64,000 nucleotides of DNA from an uncultured bacterium. Its GTDB lineage: Bacteria > Acidobacteriota > HRBIN11 > JAKEFK01. The stretch spans positions 384,001-448,000 of the forward strand of contig CAVZQN010000008.1 in NCBI GenBank assembly GCA_963777505.1, in the 5' to 3' direction. Under the pieces are notes generated by a model, which did no database searches, was not told the DNA's origin, and saw only the letters and a program-made list of their open reading frames with translations. Numbering within the stretch: position 1 is the stretch's first letter; each line of letters begins with the position of its first letter. A program made the position numbers and the translations under genes. Shown one piece after another: positions 50,152-63,733 of this stretch.

Positions 50152-51690
50152 ATGAGTGAGAATGGAAAATTAGTGCGAAAGAAAAAAAATAAGAATACAA
50201 AACAAAAGTCTTCTGAGAAAACGAATGGCCGACGCGGAATTCCGGGATTGGATGAGCAGCAGCGGCAAGTAATCGCTAAGATGGAGTCATCTAGCGAGTA
50301 CTTTCTCGGCTCGTTTTCGAGTTACAACCCGCTTCAAAGTCATGAATCATTGGAGAGCCGGTACTCAGCCGGAAAGGCGCTGCGCAACGAAGTTCCACGG
50401 GAAAGTCATGCTGAGTGGAATCCTCCGAAGAACCGGCCCTCTGGCGCTGATTTTGTAATCGCCGGTAACGCCGGCCGCCAGCAAAATTTCGTGCCCTTAC
50501 GTATGGGACGCATGGCTGCTTCACCTTTTGCTTTCTTGCGTGGCGCAGCATCTGTCATGGCGTGGGATTTCTCTCACACTCCTATAACAGGAATTCAAGT
50601 CATCATGGATGGAGATGCTCATATTAACAATTTCGGACTTTATGGAACACCGCAGCGCGATGTGGTCATTGACTTGAACGATTTCGATGAGGCGCTACCC
50701 GGTCCGTGGGAATGGGACCTCAAGCGGCTTGTAGCGAGTGTGAATGTCGCCGGACGCGAAAATGGCTTCAGTAAACGTGAACGCCGGGGAGCAGTCATGG
50801 AAAGTGTGGCTGGATATCGAGCTAATATGGAGCGCCTTCATAATATGGGAATCATGGATTTGTGGGCTCTTTACGCTTATGCAGATCGTAGGCCTACTAT
50901 GATTAAAGTTCCGAAGAAATCATGGGCCCTCATTCAGAAAACGGTTGAGAAAGCGAGAGCTACAACAAATGAAACCTTGCTGCCCAAAGTAGCTCACCGG
51001 CAGACCGATGGCGGATGGCGCTTTATGGAAGATCCGCCGATTCTCACGCGCGTGGACGATGAAACGAGAGGTAAAGTCATTGAATCGTTCAGGGAATATT
51101 TGGAAACCCTTCCACAAGGATACCGGCAGATGTTCAGACGGTATTCTGTCGCCGATGTGGCCCACCGAGTTGTCGGCGTTGGAAGCGTTGGAACGCGTGC
51201 CTATCTCGTGCTTTTGTTTGGAAACAGTAATAACGATCCGTTGTTCCTTCAGGTAAAGGAGGGTATTGTGCCGGCCCATGCGCCTTATTTGCCAGCCATC
51301 AAGTCGAAACTTCCCCCGCATCAGGGACTACGTGTTGTGGGAACCCAACGCATGTTGCAGGCGACAGGCGATCCCATGCTGGGCTACACCACCATTGATG
51401 GGCGGGAATATTTCGTCCGGCAAATGAAAAACATGAAGGCGTCAATGCCATTGGAATGGCTGACAGGCGAGCCCTTCTATTTCTGGGTTTTTCTCTGCGG
51501 AGCTTTGCTGGCAAGAGCCCATTCGCGAATGGGAGATGCGGCTAAAATAGCTGGTTATTGCGGCAAATCCCAGGTCCTGGACGAAGCACTTGCTGATTTT
51601 GCGGAAGCGTATGGTGATCAGACAGAAAAGGATCATGCTTCGTTGAAGAATGCGATCCAACAAGGTCGTATCAAGGCTGTGAACGGTTGA
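50152..51690 (+). CDS. DUF2252 family protein (kinase-like)
   Basis: GKALR..VPRESH, LRMGRMAASPFAFLRG, GDAHINNFG, DLNDFDE..PGPWEWDLKRL, RVVGVGSVG, LARAH; likely start 50152. Confidence 0.85.
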   Translation: MSENGKLVRKKKNKNTKQKSSEKTNGRRGIPGLDEQQRQVIAKMESSSEYFLGSFSSYNPLQSHESLESRYSAGKALRNEVPRESHAEWNPPKNRPSGADFVIAGNAGRQQNFVPLRMGRMAASPFAFLRGAASVMAWDFSHTPITGIQVIMDGDAHINNFGLYGTPQRDVVIDLNDFDEALPGPWEWDLKRLVASVNVAGRENGFSKRERRGAVMESVAGYRANMERLHNMGIMDLWALYAYADRRPTMIKVPKKSWALIQKTVEKARATTNETLLPKVAHRQTDGGWRFMEDPPILTRVDDETRGKVIESFREYLETLPQGYRQMFRRYSVADVAHRVVGVGSVGTRAYLVLLFGNSNNDPLFLQVKEGIVPAHAPYLPAIKSKLPPHQGLRVVGTQRMLQATGDPMLGYTTIDGREYFVRQMKNMKASMPLEWLTGEPFYFWVFLCGALLARAHSRMGDAAKIAGYCGKSQVLDEALADFAEAYGDQTEKDHASLKNAIQQGRIKAVNG

Positions 51691-52005
51691 ATAATGCTCC
51701 CTTCAGTTGATTTATAAGCCGTATCATTCGAAGAACTTCTTCTGATTGTCACTGTCTTTCTGCTGGCGGCAGCCATTCCGTCAGTGACTAGGGAGTGGAC
51801 AAAATTCGTAAGCAGCAGTAAGATGGTGTGCGATCGATCACTTCTGAAAGCATCATATTATACAGATGAGATATGGCTATATAGACGTGGGGGATGGCGC
51901 CCAATAGACGCTCATGAATACTAACCGGATACTACGGTGATAGCCAAAGGATTAAGTTGCTTGGTTTGTGATCTGGTCGTGTTGGGGTGAACTCGTTACG
52001 ACGTG

Positions 52006-53292
52006 TCACTTCGCGTCGCCTGGATGCTCTTCGCCGATGCCAAGACCTTGACGATCGGCGACTGATGCGTCCTGCTTTTCATCCGCATCTTTGAAGGATC
52101 TTTCAACCGTGCCATGCAATCGTTCCTCCCAATGTCGCAGCGCTGCATGGCGCGTGGCGGGTAGAACTTCCAAGAGGTTGTTGATCAGAGCATTCATGCG
52201 CCGCATCACCTGCACACTGCTGGCGCCGCAGTAGCGGACTTCGTCGAGGGCCAGGCGCAGAAAATCGTTCCAAGTCGGGAATGGCACGACCAGCCGGAGC
52301 GCGCCCTGGTCGTCGCGGTATTTGCCGATGTCGAGTTGGCGATGACCCAATCGGATCAGCAGGTCCTCGATCTGGTCGAGTGCTTGGACTGCGGTGGTGG
52401 GATCGTTGATAGCGGGCGAGAGCGCCTTGATGGCGATGTCCACCACCAATCGGATGGCGTACTTGGGGTCCTGTTCGAACGTGCGTTCATCGCCGATCTC
52501 AAAGGCGCTTTTCAGCCGTTGTTCATCCAGCGGCTGGCGCGCGGCGTACACACGCACCAAAGGCGACATTTCCAGAATCGTGTCCCCCACCGCTGCCGTC
52601 ACCTCGATGATGGCGCCGGCTTCCTTGGCCAGGCTCAACAACTCCTCCACGCGCACCGCCTGTATGACCTGCGGCCGGCCGATGTGGGTCAGCGTTTGTA
52701 TGGCCCGCAATGCATCAAGTTCCGCAGAGCCCGTCGTCGCCAAGTTCGGAACGGATTTCGTGGAGGGATACAGTTCCTCAATGGCCTTCCGTCCATGGTC
52801 GCCAGTGAAAATCAACATTCGGTTGACCTGTAACATCCCGAGCCGCTCGATCAGGGCGATAAACATTCCAATACTGGCCAAGAGCAACCCGAACACCAGC
52901 CAGGCACTGAGGAAAGGGACCTTGCCCGAAGCGCTCCGGTCCACCCACGCCAGCATCACGAGCGCATACAGAAACGTGGCGCTGAACACACCCAGGGAAT
53001 GGGTCACGACCGGGTCGCGCGCTACCCAAAGCACCAGCCGCGGCGAGTAGGCAGTGGCGCTGAATTGCACCATGACGAACGCCAGCGAAAACACAATGCC
53101 GGTCAGCGCAATCATGCCCGAGGAGATGGAGGAACAAATCGCCATCGCTGCCGAAGCGCTCATTGGGGACACCAGGTCCGGCAGAAAGTGATGTTCCAGG
53201 CGCGGAAAAAATATGCCTACGATCAACGTCACCAAGACATAGGCAAACGGAATGATCCAGCCCTTCAGTTGAAGTTTATGCGAAGATTTCAT
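52006..53292 (-). CDS. DUF2254 family membrane protein
   Basis: QFSATAYSPRL, RTFEQDP, DIAIKALSPAINDPTTAVQALD. Confidence 0.88.
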   Translation of the reverse strand: MKSSHKLQLKGWIIPFAYVLVTLIVGIFFPRLEHHFLPDLVSPMSASAAMAICSSISSGMIALTGIVFSLAFVMVQFSATAYSPRLVLWVARDPVVTHSLGVFSATFLYALVMLAWVDRSASGKVPFLSAWLVFGLLLASIGMFIALIERLGMLQVNRMLIFTGDHGRKAIEELYPSTKSVPNLATTGSAELDALRAIQTLTHIGRPQVIQAVRVEELLSLAKEAGAIIEVTAAVGDTILEMSPLVRVYAARQPLDEQRLKSAFEIGDERTFEQDPKYAIRLVVDIAIKALSPAINDPTTAVQALDQIEDLLIRLGHRQLDIGKYRDDQGALRLVVPFPTWNDFLRLALDEVRYCGASSVQVMRRMNALINNLLEVLPATRHAALRHWEERLHGTVERSFKDADEKQDASVADRQGLGIGEEHPGDAK

Positions 53293-53407
53293 GGGCTTGC
53301 CTTTCGATCAATTACCACAGTCCGCTCTCATCGCCAAACAAACCAGTCCCGACGGTTTGCAATAGAATATGCGTAATGCGCACGGCTGTTCAAGTCTTGG
53401 TTTCATA

Positions 53408-56639
<3,232 letters not shown>

Positions 56640-57865
56640 CACGCACTCCCGGACTCGGCCGCCCAACAGCAGCGTCGTGAACGTCTCGTTGTGGTAGTGC
56701 GAGATGCCATCCTTCGCCAGTCGAGCGATTTCACCATATCCGTAGAACCCGGCCGCGGGCACATCGCCGAGCAGTTCGTTGACGATGCGCACCTCCTCTT
56801 GAGTGCGCGAACCCAGGATCTGCTTGCGCCCGGCGCAGGAGATGCACAGGGCGAGGGCCGGCTTGCCGCCGCCCCCGGAGTCCTTGGGAAAGTCATCCAG
56901 GGCGTGCTGAAAGGAGCTGCGGGTCGCGTCCAGAATCTGGTCGCGATTGGTTGTGGTGATGTGGACGCGGGCGCCGTCCGGCACATCGCCGAGGAAGTGG
57001 ATAGCAGCCGGCGGCTTCGTCGGTGCGGCCTGGAGCACGCAGGTAATAACCTCGACCATCATCGGCCGATACCGCCAGTGGATACTCCGTCAGGTGCGTG
57101 ATGTCGGCGTTGCCCAGGAACTCCCGGTAGAACGCGGTCGCGGGCTGGCCATCGATGGCCCGCACCACGTGGCCAGTCGACATCCGTGACCCGCCCCTCG
57201 CGCCCGATGGGACGCCATCCTGTATCGACACCAAAGGAGAAGACGACACCCTCCCCGAAGAGGAGGAACGGCACGGAATCCTGGAGCACTTCCGTGCCGT
57301 GGAACTGCCTGGTGCCCTTGAATCGCCACTGGTCGCCGGCGGTGCCGCCGAAGATCGGGACCGCATCGCCCAACTCCGCCCGCAGCGCATTGAGGGCAGC
57401 GGACCCGCTCACGGTCAGGCCGTCGGGCATGGTGATGCAGAGGCGCGGCGCTCCGCCATTGCCTCGACGATCTCCACCGCCGCTTCCGGCCAGACGCTGG
57501 ACCGCATCGTTCGCACTGGCGCGAATCGACCCCGCCACATCGGTCGAGACCGACCTGGCCACACCCGACACCGCGTGAAAGTCATCGCCCGAAAGCAAGA
57601 CCAGAGCGAGCGAATCTTCCGCAAAGAGGATGTGCGATGACATCTCACCGTCGGTCGTGCAACCGATGAGCGCGATCCCCGGCCACTGGGCGTTGATCTG
57701 CTCCAGCACAATCGCAAAGTCGTGATCGATCCCGGCAAACAGCATCGCCACGCGGGGCAAGGACGCTCCCAGCGCGACCTTCGCGCCAGCAATCAGTTCC
57801 GCCACCGCGTCGACCGAATCGACGTCCTGACTGTGGACTACACATGCTCGCATAAGTGACTCCAT
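56640..57865 (-). CDS. FIST N/C domain sensor protein (two frameshifts; possibly fused to the kinase)
   Basis: IGCTTDGE, PIFGGTAGD, GWRPIG, IDGQPA..FY..FLG, YPLAV, SCAGR, GFYGYGEI, HNET. Confidence 0.85.
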
Positions 57866-57869
57866 TTTA

Positions 57870-57904
57870 TTGTTTCTGTGAAAATATTTTTGTTTCTGTG
57901 AAAA
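57870..57904. repeat. Direct repeat TTGTTTCTGTGAAAA x2 (20-bp period)
   Basis: Copies at 57870-57884 and 57890-57904, just upstream of the FIST start. Confidence 0.7.
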
Positions 57905-58069
57905 ACGATGAGCGTGTTTCGCGCATCCCCTTTTTCATGGCGGCACGTGTCCGCTGCGTCGAGGCACGGACTCCGTAGGGTTAAAGCCGGTTTCTTTTCA
58001 GTCGTTTTCTTGTTCATGGTTTTGTTCCTTTTAGGCGATTCTTGCCCATCGAATCATTCAGGAAGTCCT

Positions 58070-59857
58070 TCATTTACTATAATCCAAATCCTCCGTAGTT
58101 GTCTGCGGCGTTTGCCCGGTCTCCTCGCGAAAAGCTGCGATCGCATGGCGGTTGGTCGGGAACAGCCGGTTCTCTCCAATCAACTTCAATAGATGATAAT
58201 TCGCCAGCAGATCCCGGATCAACGGATTTGCACGGCTCACGGCAACGGTCACTCCGCGTTTGGTCAGACTCGTCACAACCTGGCGCAGGGTTTCCTCGCC
58301 CGAGGTGTCGATATCGTTCATCGCTCCCGCATCCAGCACGAACCATTTGACGGGAGCGGCGGCTTGCGCGACCAGTTTCTCCACCTCTTCTTCAAAAGTA
58401 CCGGAATTGGCAAAATAGAGCGATGCGCCAAAGCGATAAATGACCAATCCGGAAGCGTTCGGAGCATGGTCTGTTCCCTCAGGGACAAAGTAACTGCCGT
58501 CCGAGGCTGCCTGTAGTACCCAGGTGCCAGGCCGAGCCGCCCGCCGGAGCAGATCGATCGTGGCCAGCAGAAAGGCAATGATGACAGCCTGTAATGGCCC
58601 AAAAACCAGGACACTGATCAGGCATACGGCGGCAACCCAGAATTCGGACCTACGCAGCTTCCAAAATTCCCGTAGCTCTTTGACTTCAATCAGATTCAAC
58701 ACGGCACTGGCAACAACCCCGGCCAGTGCTGCGGTGGGCAGGGATGCCAGTTGACCTGTGAAGAAAACCATGACCAGGGCGACTGTCGCTGCCGCCAGCA
58801 GGCTTGAGAGTTGCGTGCGGGACCCTGCGGCGTCCATGGCCGCAGTGCGCGAGGCGCTGGGACCCGAGATCAACGAACCGGTGAACCCGCTGGCCACGCT
58901 GGACATGCCGTAGGCAAAGAGCACCTGGTTGCCATCCGCCTTGGTATTATGCTTTCGGTTGCAACTGCGGACCAGCAGCAAGGCCTCGCACAAAGTGATG
59001 CCGACCACCGCCAGGGCTCCGGGCAGCAAGCGGAAATAGTCGGCTATCGGCACCGTGGGCAACGTCAGGGATGGTAACCCCGACGGCATCTCCCCAAGCA
59101 CTTTGACCCCATGTCGATCCAGGCCGAACACGGCGACGATGACCGTCATCAGGATCAATGCGATCAGTGCCGCTGGAACTTTGGGCGCGTATCGCTTCAT
59201 CACGCGCACGATCACAAATGTGCCCAGCCCGATCGCGACCGAGTAGAGATTCGCATGAGGTATCGACGCAAACAGCGCGGCGAGCTCGACAAAATAACCG
59301 GTGGTGTGGCCGGAGGTTGCAATTGCTCCATGAAGTTGTTCCAACTGCGCTTCCAATCCGGATCCTGCGACGTGAGTGGCCCCGAGTATCCTTCTCAACT
59401 GGTTGGTCAATACCTCAATCCCCAGGCCGGTGATAAAGCCGGCCAGTACAGCGCGGGAGAGAAAATTGGCGAGAAACGCCAACCGGAAAAACCAGAACAC
59501 GAAGAAAAGCACACCGCACAGCATCGCAACGGCCAGGGCATATTGCATACGCAGCGGATCTCCTATCGGGGCAAAGCCGAGCAGCAATGCACCGAGGATC
59601 GCGGAAATAGGGGCATCCGGGCTCCCCACAACATGGGGCGAGCTGGTGAAGAGGGCAAATATCACCAATGGAATGATGCCCGCATAGAGACCGAACACAG
59701 GAGGCAGCCCTGCCACCTCCGCATATCCGATATTGAGGGGGATAATCAGGGCCGCGAGGGTAATACCGGCTGAGATCTCGCGAGGTAGATCTGTCCAGGA
59801 CATTCCTCGCAAACCTGAAAGCACTGTGGGCCATCGAATTCTCTCTGGCTTATGCAT
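58070..59857 (-). CDS. SulP/SLC26 anion transporter with a STAS domain
   Basis: AGITL...IP..IGYA.VAGLPP..GLY, SRT..., YRFGASLYFAN, DIDTSG. Confidence 0.92.
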   Translation of the reverse strand: MHKPERIRWPTVLSGLRGMSWTDLPREISAGITLAALIIPLNIGYAEVAGLPPVFGLYAGIIPLVIFALFTSSPHVVGSPDAPISAILGALLLGFAPIGDPLRMQYALAVAMLCGVLFFVFWFFRLAFLANFLSRAVLAGFITGLGIEVLTNQLRRILGATHVAGSGLEAQLEQLHGAIATSGHTTGYFVELAALFASIPHANLYSVAIGLGTFVIVRVMKRYAPKVPAALIALILMTVIVAVFGLDRHGVKVLGEMPSGLPSLTLPTVPIADYFRLLPGALAVVGITLCEALLLVRSCNRKHNTKADGNQVLFAYGMSSVASGFTGSLISGPSASRTAAMDAAGSRTQLSSLLAAATVALVMVFFTGQLASLPTAALAGVVASAVLNLIEVKELREFWKLRRSEFWVAAVCLISVLVFGPLQAVIIAFLLATIDLLRRAARPGTWVLQAASDGSYFVPEGTDHAPNASGLVIYRFGASLYFANSGTFEEEVEKLVAQAAAPVKWFVLDAGAMNDIDTSGEETLRQVVTSLTKRGVTVAVSRANPLIRDLLANYHLLKLIGENRLFPTNRHAIAAFREETGQTPQTTTEDLDYSK

Positions 59858-59922
59858 ATATCATCCTTAAAGATTATTGCTCTTTCATCGGTTGTTTTGA
59901 CAATTCTAGTCCGTCGAGCCCC

Positions 59923-60231
59923 TCAAGAGAGTGCCACCATGATTTTTTCGTCCACGATCTTCACCGGATAACTAGCCACGCCGTAATCAGGAACGTGAAT
60001 CGTGTTCCCAGTGGTTACGTCGTATCGCCAGCCGTGAGCCCGACAGGTCACGACTTTTCCCTCCAACTTGCTTGATCCCAAAGATTGTCCTTGATGGAGA
60101 CAGGCATTTGCCATCGCGTAGATCGTTCCATCCACGTTGAAGAGGGCAACCTCTTTGCCTGCGACTGTCACACAAGTGCCCGTTCCAGGCGGGAGTTCGT
60201 CCAAGCGCGCTGCCTCAATGTATTCAGCCAT
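59923..60231 (-). CDS. Rieske [2Fe-2S] ferredoxin
   Basis: CLHQG...CRAHGWRYD. Confidence 0.9.
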   Translation of the reverse strand: MAEYIEAARLDELPPGTGTCVTVAGKEVALFNVDGTIYAMANACLHQGQSLGSSKLEGKVVTCRAHGWRYDVTTGNTIHVPDYGVASYPVKIVDEKIMVALS

Positions 60232-60243
60232 GGGTTATTTACT

Positions 60244-61107
60244 TTACAGCTCCACCGCAAGAGGTTGCCGCCGCCTGCTCCACAAGGGGTAGACGATCGT
60301 AACAACGATGTTGACCAACAGAAATAAGAGAGCAGCCGGTATCGCGAGTTTCTCCCCCGGAAAGTTGGCCTGGACGATTAGAATCGCCAGTCCCGGGTGA
60401 CGCGAAGCCATCGAAAAAGCCAGCGCCGTTCGATTCGCCGGCGTCGGTCCGCCAAGGAGGTGTCCGATCACCAGACCGGCAAGCACAAATGCTATGATTG
60501 CAAGAACGGCCCCATTTCCTACGAACGTCCACATTGCTGGCGCGGCCAAGAACATCAGGGAGCCAAGGCACACCAATACCCCCACACCTGCGATCCTTGA
60601 AATCGGTGCTGCCAGGCGTTGGGAAAGGGCATGCGAATACCTGCGCACTGCGACACCGAGGCCCAGGGGTAGCAGAACCACCAGGAACACAAAGGCGGCA
60701 ATGGAAATGACCCTCATTTGTAGCGGCACACTGTAGACCCGCTCGATTGTCTCCATGGCGAGTGGCACGAAAATGATGGCCAATAGGCTGCCCATGATGA
60801 GAACGCTGATCGCGTACGCGAGTGAAGCTTCTGTCTTGGCCGTTTGCAACGGGAGCAGAGTAGGAACTGGCGCGACGGACAAAGCCACCAGTGCCAGCTT
60901 CACCGCCGGGTTAAGATCAAAGATCAATACGAGGAAGGCCACGAAAAGCGGCATCAAAACACTCATGGCGAGCAGCGCACGAACGAGTTCGCCCGGGTGG
61001 CGAAACAAATAGGTCGCGTCCCGCACACTGGCCCGGAGTCCGATCGCGAAGACGACGAAAAACAGGCTTATGTTAAGCGCAATTGGGAGCAGCTTCGCTA
61101 GGGTCAT
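60244..61107 (-). CDS. Bile acid:sodium symporter (BASS) family transporter
   Basis: About 9 TM helices, GHLLGGP...RTALA...ASRHPG. Confidence 0.85.
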   Translation of the reverse strand: MTLAKLLPIALNISLFFVVFAIGLRASVRDATYLFRHPGELVRALLAMSVLMPLFVAFLVLIFDLNPAVKLALVALSVAPVPTLLPLQTAKTEASLAYAISVLIMGSLLAIIFVPLAMETIERVYSVPLQMRVISIAAFVFLVVLLPLGLGVAVRRYSHALSQRLAAPISRIAGVGVLVCLGSLMFLAAPAMWTFVGNGAVLAIIAFVLAGLVIGHLLGGPTPANRTALAFSMASRHPGLAILIVQANFPGEKLAIPAALLFLLVNIVVTIVYPLWSRRRQPLAVEL

Positions 61108-61853
61108 GACCTATGCGAAAGACGTTCTAGTTCATCGGCAAGAATTGGGACGCCGAGATTACTCGCCTGCATACCCTGGGCGACACAGATTTTGAGTACT
61201 TCCATGATCTCCTCCATCGTTGCGCCGAGTTTCAGTGCCGACTGGATATGCCGGCGTGTCCCGGGCGCATACATATGAGTGATCGAAGCATCGACGGCGA
61301 TACTTAGTAGCTCCGCCAGCTTGGGCGTGAATATGCCGCTCGTGTAAACCGGCAGGCTCGCGGCGATTATCGCTTCCGTCCACGCCGGATCCAGCTCAAA
61401 GAACGCGTCCCAAGCCGTATTCCACTGACCCGCGGCTTTCATCTTGTCGCAAACTGGCGTCGCCGCCGGTTCCTTCGGCCTCGGCTTCACCCCCGCTGCT
61501 TTCGCTTCTTCCAACAGAATGGGCGCGCCCAGGCTTGCTGTATGGATCGACAGCAGAGACGCGATCTTGAGGATCATCAGGATCTCATCACGGCTCGCAC
61601 CGGCTTCGAGTGCGCCACGAATGTGGCGTCGGGTTCCCTCGGCACTCAAGTTCGTACAAGCAGCATTCACAGCAAGACTGATTAGCTCAATATCTTTGCG
61701 CGGCAATACGCCGCTGGCCCACGGGTTGTTGGACATCTTGAGGCATTGGTCGACAAAGACCGGGTCCCATTCGCGAAACTTGGTTAGCGCAGGGCTGTCC
61801 CAGGGGCCGGCTTCCGGTGCCAAAGGGGAACTCTTTTGGTTTTTCGAATTCAT
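61104..61853 (-). CDS. Carboxymuconolactone decarboxylase family protein (tandem CMD domains)
   Basis: Two repeats ELISLAV.A..T.L...GTRRHI..AL..GA...EI. Confidence 0.85.
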   Translation of the reverse strand: MNSKNQKSSPLAPEAGPWDSPALTKFREWDPVFVDQCLKMSNNPWASGVLPRKDIELISLAVNAACTNLSAEGTRRHIRGALEAGASRDEILMILKIASLLSIHTASLGAPILLEEAKAAGVKPRPKEPAATPVCDKMKAAGQWNTAWDAFFELDPAWTEAIIAASLPVYTSGIFTPKLAELLSIAVDASITHMYAPGTRRHIQSALKLGATMEEIMEVLKICVAQGMQASNLGVPILADELERLSHRS

Positions 61854-61913
61854 ATCTCTCCTTCACCGACCGAGTCCCGCCTCGAACAGAAGGAGGACCG
61901 GATTAGCGATTGA

Positions 61914-63056
61914 TTACTTTTTTGGCTGGGCCGGGGGCGGCACCATGCAGTAGGCCATGGGATGCGAATCGGATATCTGATGCGCGACTCCCTTCTTTCC
62001 GTCGGTTTCCCAAACCATGAAGCCCTTACCATCTGCTCCGCGATTGGGCGACATACCGAGGTTCTTTAGCGTCTCGTCTACGCTATTGTATATGACCCCG
62101 ATTTTCATGATGTCGCGCGCTTCCTCCGCGGTCGCAACCTTGCGGCCGAATCGCTCGCAGAGGTCCACTGCCGCCTTGATCTGATCCACCGAAGTCATAC
62201 GCTGTCGTTTGCTGTTCCAGAGATTGTCCTCGATGCCGACTCGAACATGCTGACCCATGATGATCGCCATCGGCTGGGCGACCGCGTTGACCCGCATCCC
62301 CGCCCAGAATGTGACAACTGCACCCTGCGGTTCGCGCTGGAGCCAGTGCATCCAATCGAACGGATTGTGACCGCACCCTCCGCCGCCATACATGGTGATG
62401 TTGGTGTTCAGTGGGCCCATGTATGCGCCGTGGCGGATCAGCCGCTCCACAATCTCGAGCTGGTGAACATGCGCCAGAGTAAAGTAGGGCTGTATACCAT
62501 GCTGTTTCAGGCGCTTCAGGTGCTCCAGGTAGAAAGCCGGACCGGCATCGGTATACATGCCCGCGTAAGCCGCTATGACCTTCGGATCCTCGAGATGCGT
62601 CCCCTTCACATCATCCGCGGTCCACATCTGCGTGATGTCGAACATGGAGGTGCCAATGGCCACCGTGACGGTCTCCGGCGTTGGTTTCAGTTCAGCGAGC
62701 ATGTGACGCGTATCGTAGTCCAGCCACTTCGCCTTATCGCCGTCGCTCTTGGGCGAGAATGCGATCGAGCCGCCGACCTGCATGATCATTTTGGGCACGG
62801 CTTTCTTGAGGAGTTCGAGCATGTGATTGTAGTGCTCGATATCCGCCGAGAGGTGCCCGGTCGCAGGGTTGCGCACGTGGAGGTGCAATACCCGGGCGCC
62901 AGCGTTATAACAATCCACCGCCGACTGGACCTGCTCGTCCCAGGTGACAGGGATATCAGGCGCGTCGCCCGGCAGCCACGTAGGCCCGTACGGCGCTGCA
63001 GTGATGATAAGCGGTGTCATGTTTTCGGGGTAGAGTGAATCATCTGTGTAGTGCAA
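61914..63056 (-). CDS. Beta-keto acid cleavage enzyme (BKACE/Kce, DUF849)
   Basis: IITAAPYG, AVDCYNAGA.VLHLHVR (HxH), HVRVGIEDN, RKVATAEEAR; AAGGAG RBS. Confidence 0.88.
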   Translation of the reverse strand: MHYTDDSLYPENMTPLIITAAPYGPTWLPGDAPDIPVTWDEQVQSAVDCYNAGARVLHLHVRNPATGHLSADIEHYNHMLELLKKAVPKMIMQVGGSIAFSPKSDGDKAKWLDYDTRHMLAELKPTPETVTVAIGTSMFDITQMWTADDVKGTHLEDPKVIAAYAGMYTDAGPAFYLEHLKRLKQHGIQPYFTLAHVHQLEIVERLIRHGAYMGPLNTNITMYGGGGCGHNPFDWMHWLQREPQGAVVTFWAGMRVNAVAQPMAIIMGQHVRVGIEDNLWNSKRQRMTSVDQIKAAVDLCERFGRKVATAEEARDIMKIGVIYNSVDETLKNLGMSPNRGADGKGFMVWETDGKKGVAHQISDSHPMAYCMVPPPAQPKK

Positions 63057-63119
63057 GGTAATTCTCCTTTCGAGTGTTGTGACTTGGTTCGTATTTCCGT
63101 TGAAGTTATGATTTTTTAT

Positions 63120-63509
63120 CTATTCGGGTTCTGGCATCGGAAATGCCATTGGATCGGCCTCCCAGATTGCGAAAAAATTTCCGTCCGGATCGGCCACCAC
63201 TGCGTACCACGCCGTTTTCGGGACCGCTGTTTTCGGTCGCACAACTGAACCACCAAGTGCAGTCAATTGCTCGACAGTCTTGTCAAGCGATTCCACGTGG
63301 ACGTAATGCATCCAACTTCGAGGCTCGGGAATGGGCCGGAAAAGCAAACCGCCATTGCTTCTATTCGAGTCAGCAGGAGTGGTTTGAATGCGCCAATAAT
63401 CCAAACCCGGCACCTTCTCAATTTTCCAGCCAAGAAGCGCGCGGTAAAACTCGGCGAGCTTTACAGGCTCTTCGGCATAGATCTCAAAGTGAGTGACTGA
63501 ATTCGTCAT
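63120..63509 (-). CDS. VOC/glyoxalase family protein
   Basis: VTHFEI, FY..LLGW, NGGL, W..YVHV, GGSVV.P, DPDGN. Confidence 0.88.
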   Translation of the reverse strand: MTNSVTHFEIYAEEPVKLAEFYRALLGWKIEKVPGLDYWRIQTTPADSNRSNGGLLFRPIPEPRSWMHYVHVESLDKTVEQLTALGGSVVRPKTAVPKTAWYAVVADPDGNFFAIWEADPMAFPMPEPE

Positions 63510-63667
63510 TTATTGCTCCGACTGCATGCCGTTAAGAAATTCCACAGTGGCCGATGCGGGTTTCGACTTTATCGGGGTTGTGATTTCATGTGTGCTATCG
63601 ATACTGGCCCTATCAGTAAGGGTTCACCGATAGATCGAGATTATATTAAGAGGTAGCAGCGCAAGTA

Positions 63668-63687
63668 TATGGGACTTTAGTCCAATA
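63668..63687. promoter_or_regulatory. DosR/DevR-like (NarL/LuxR-family) palindromic operator upstream of a minus-strand TATAAT
   Basis: TATGGGACTTTAGTCCAATA versus the DosR consensus TTSGGGACTWWAGTCCCSAA; -10 TATAAT at 63640-63645 (minus strand). Confidence 0.6.
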
Positions 63688-63733
63688 GAGATGGTGCATC
63701 CGTATCCAAATTCATTTTTAAAACGAACACACG

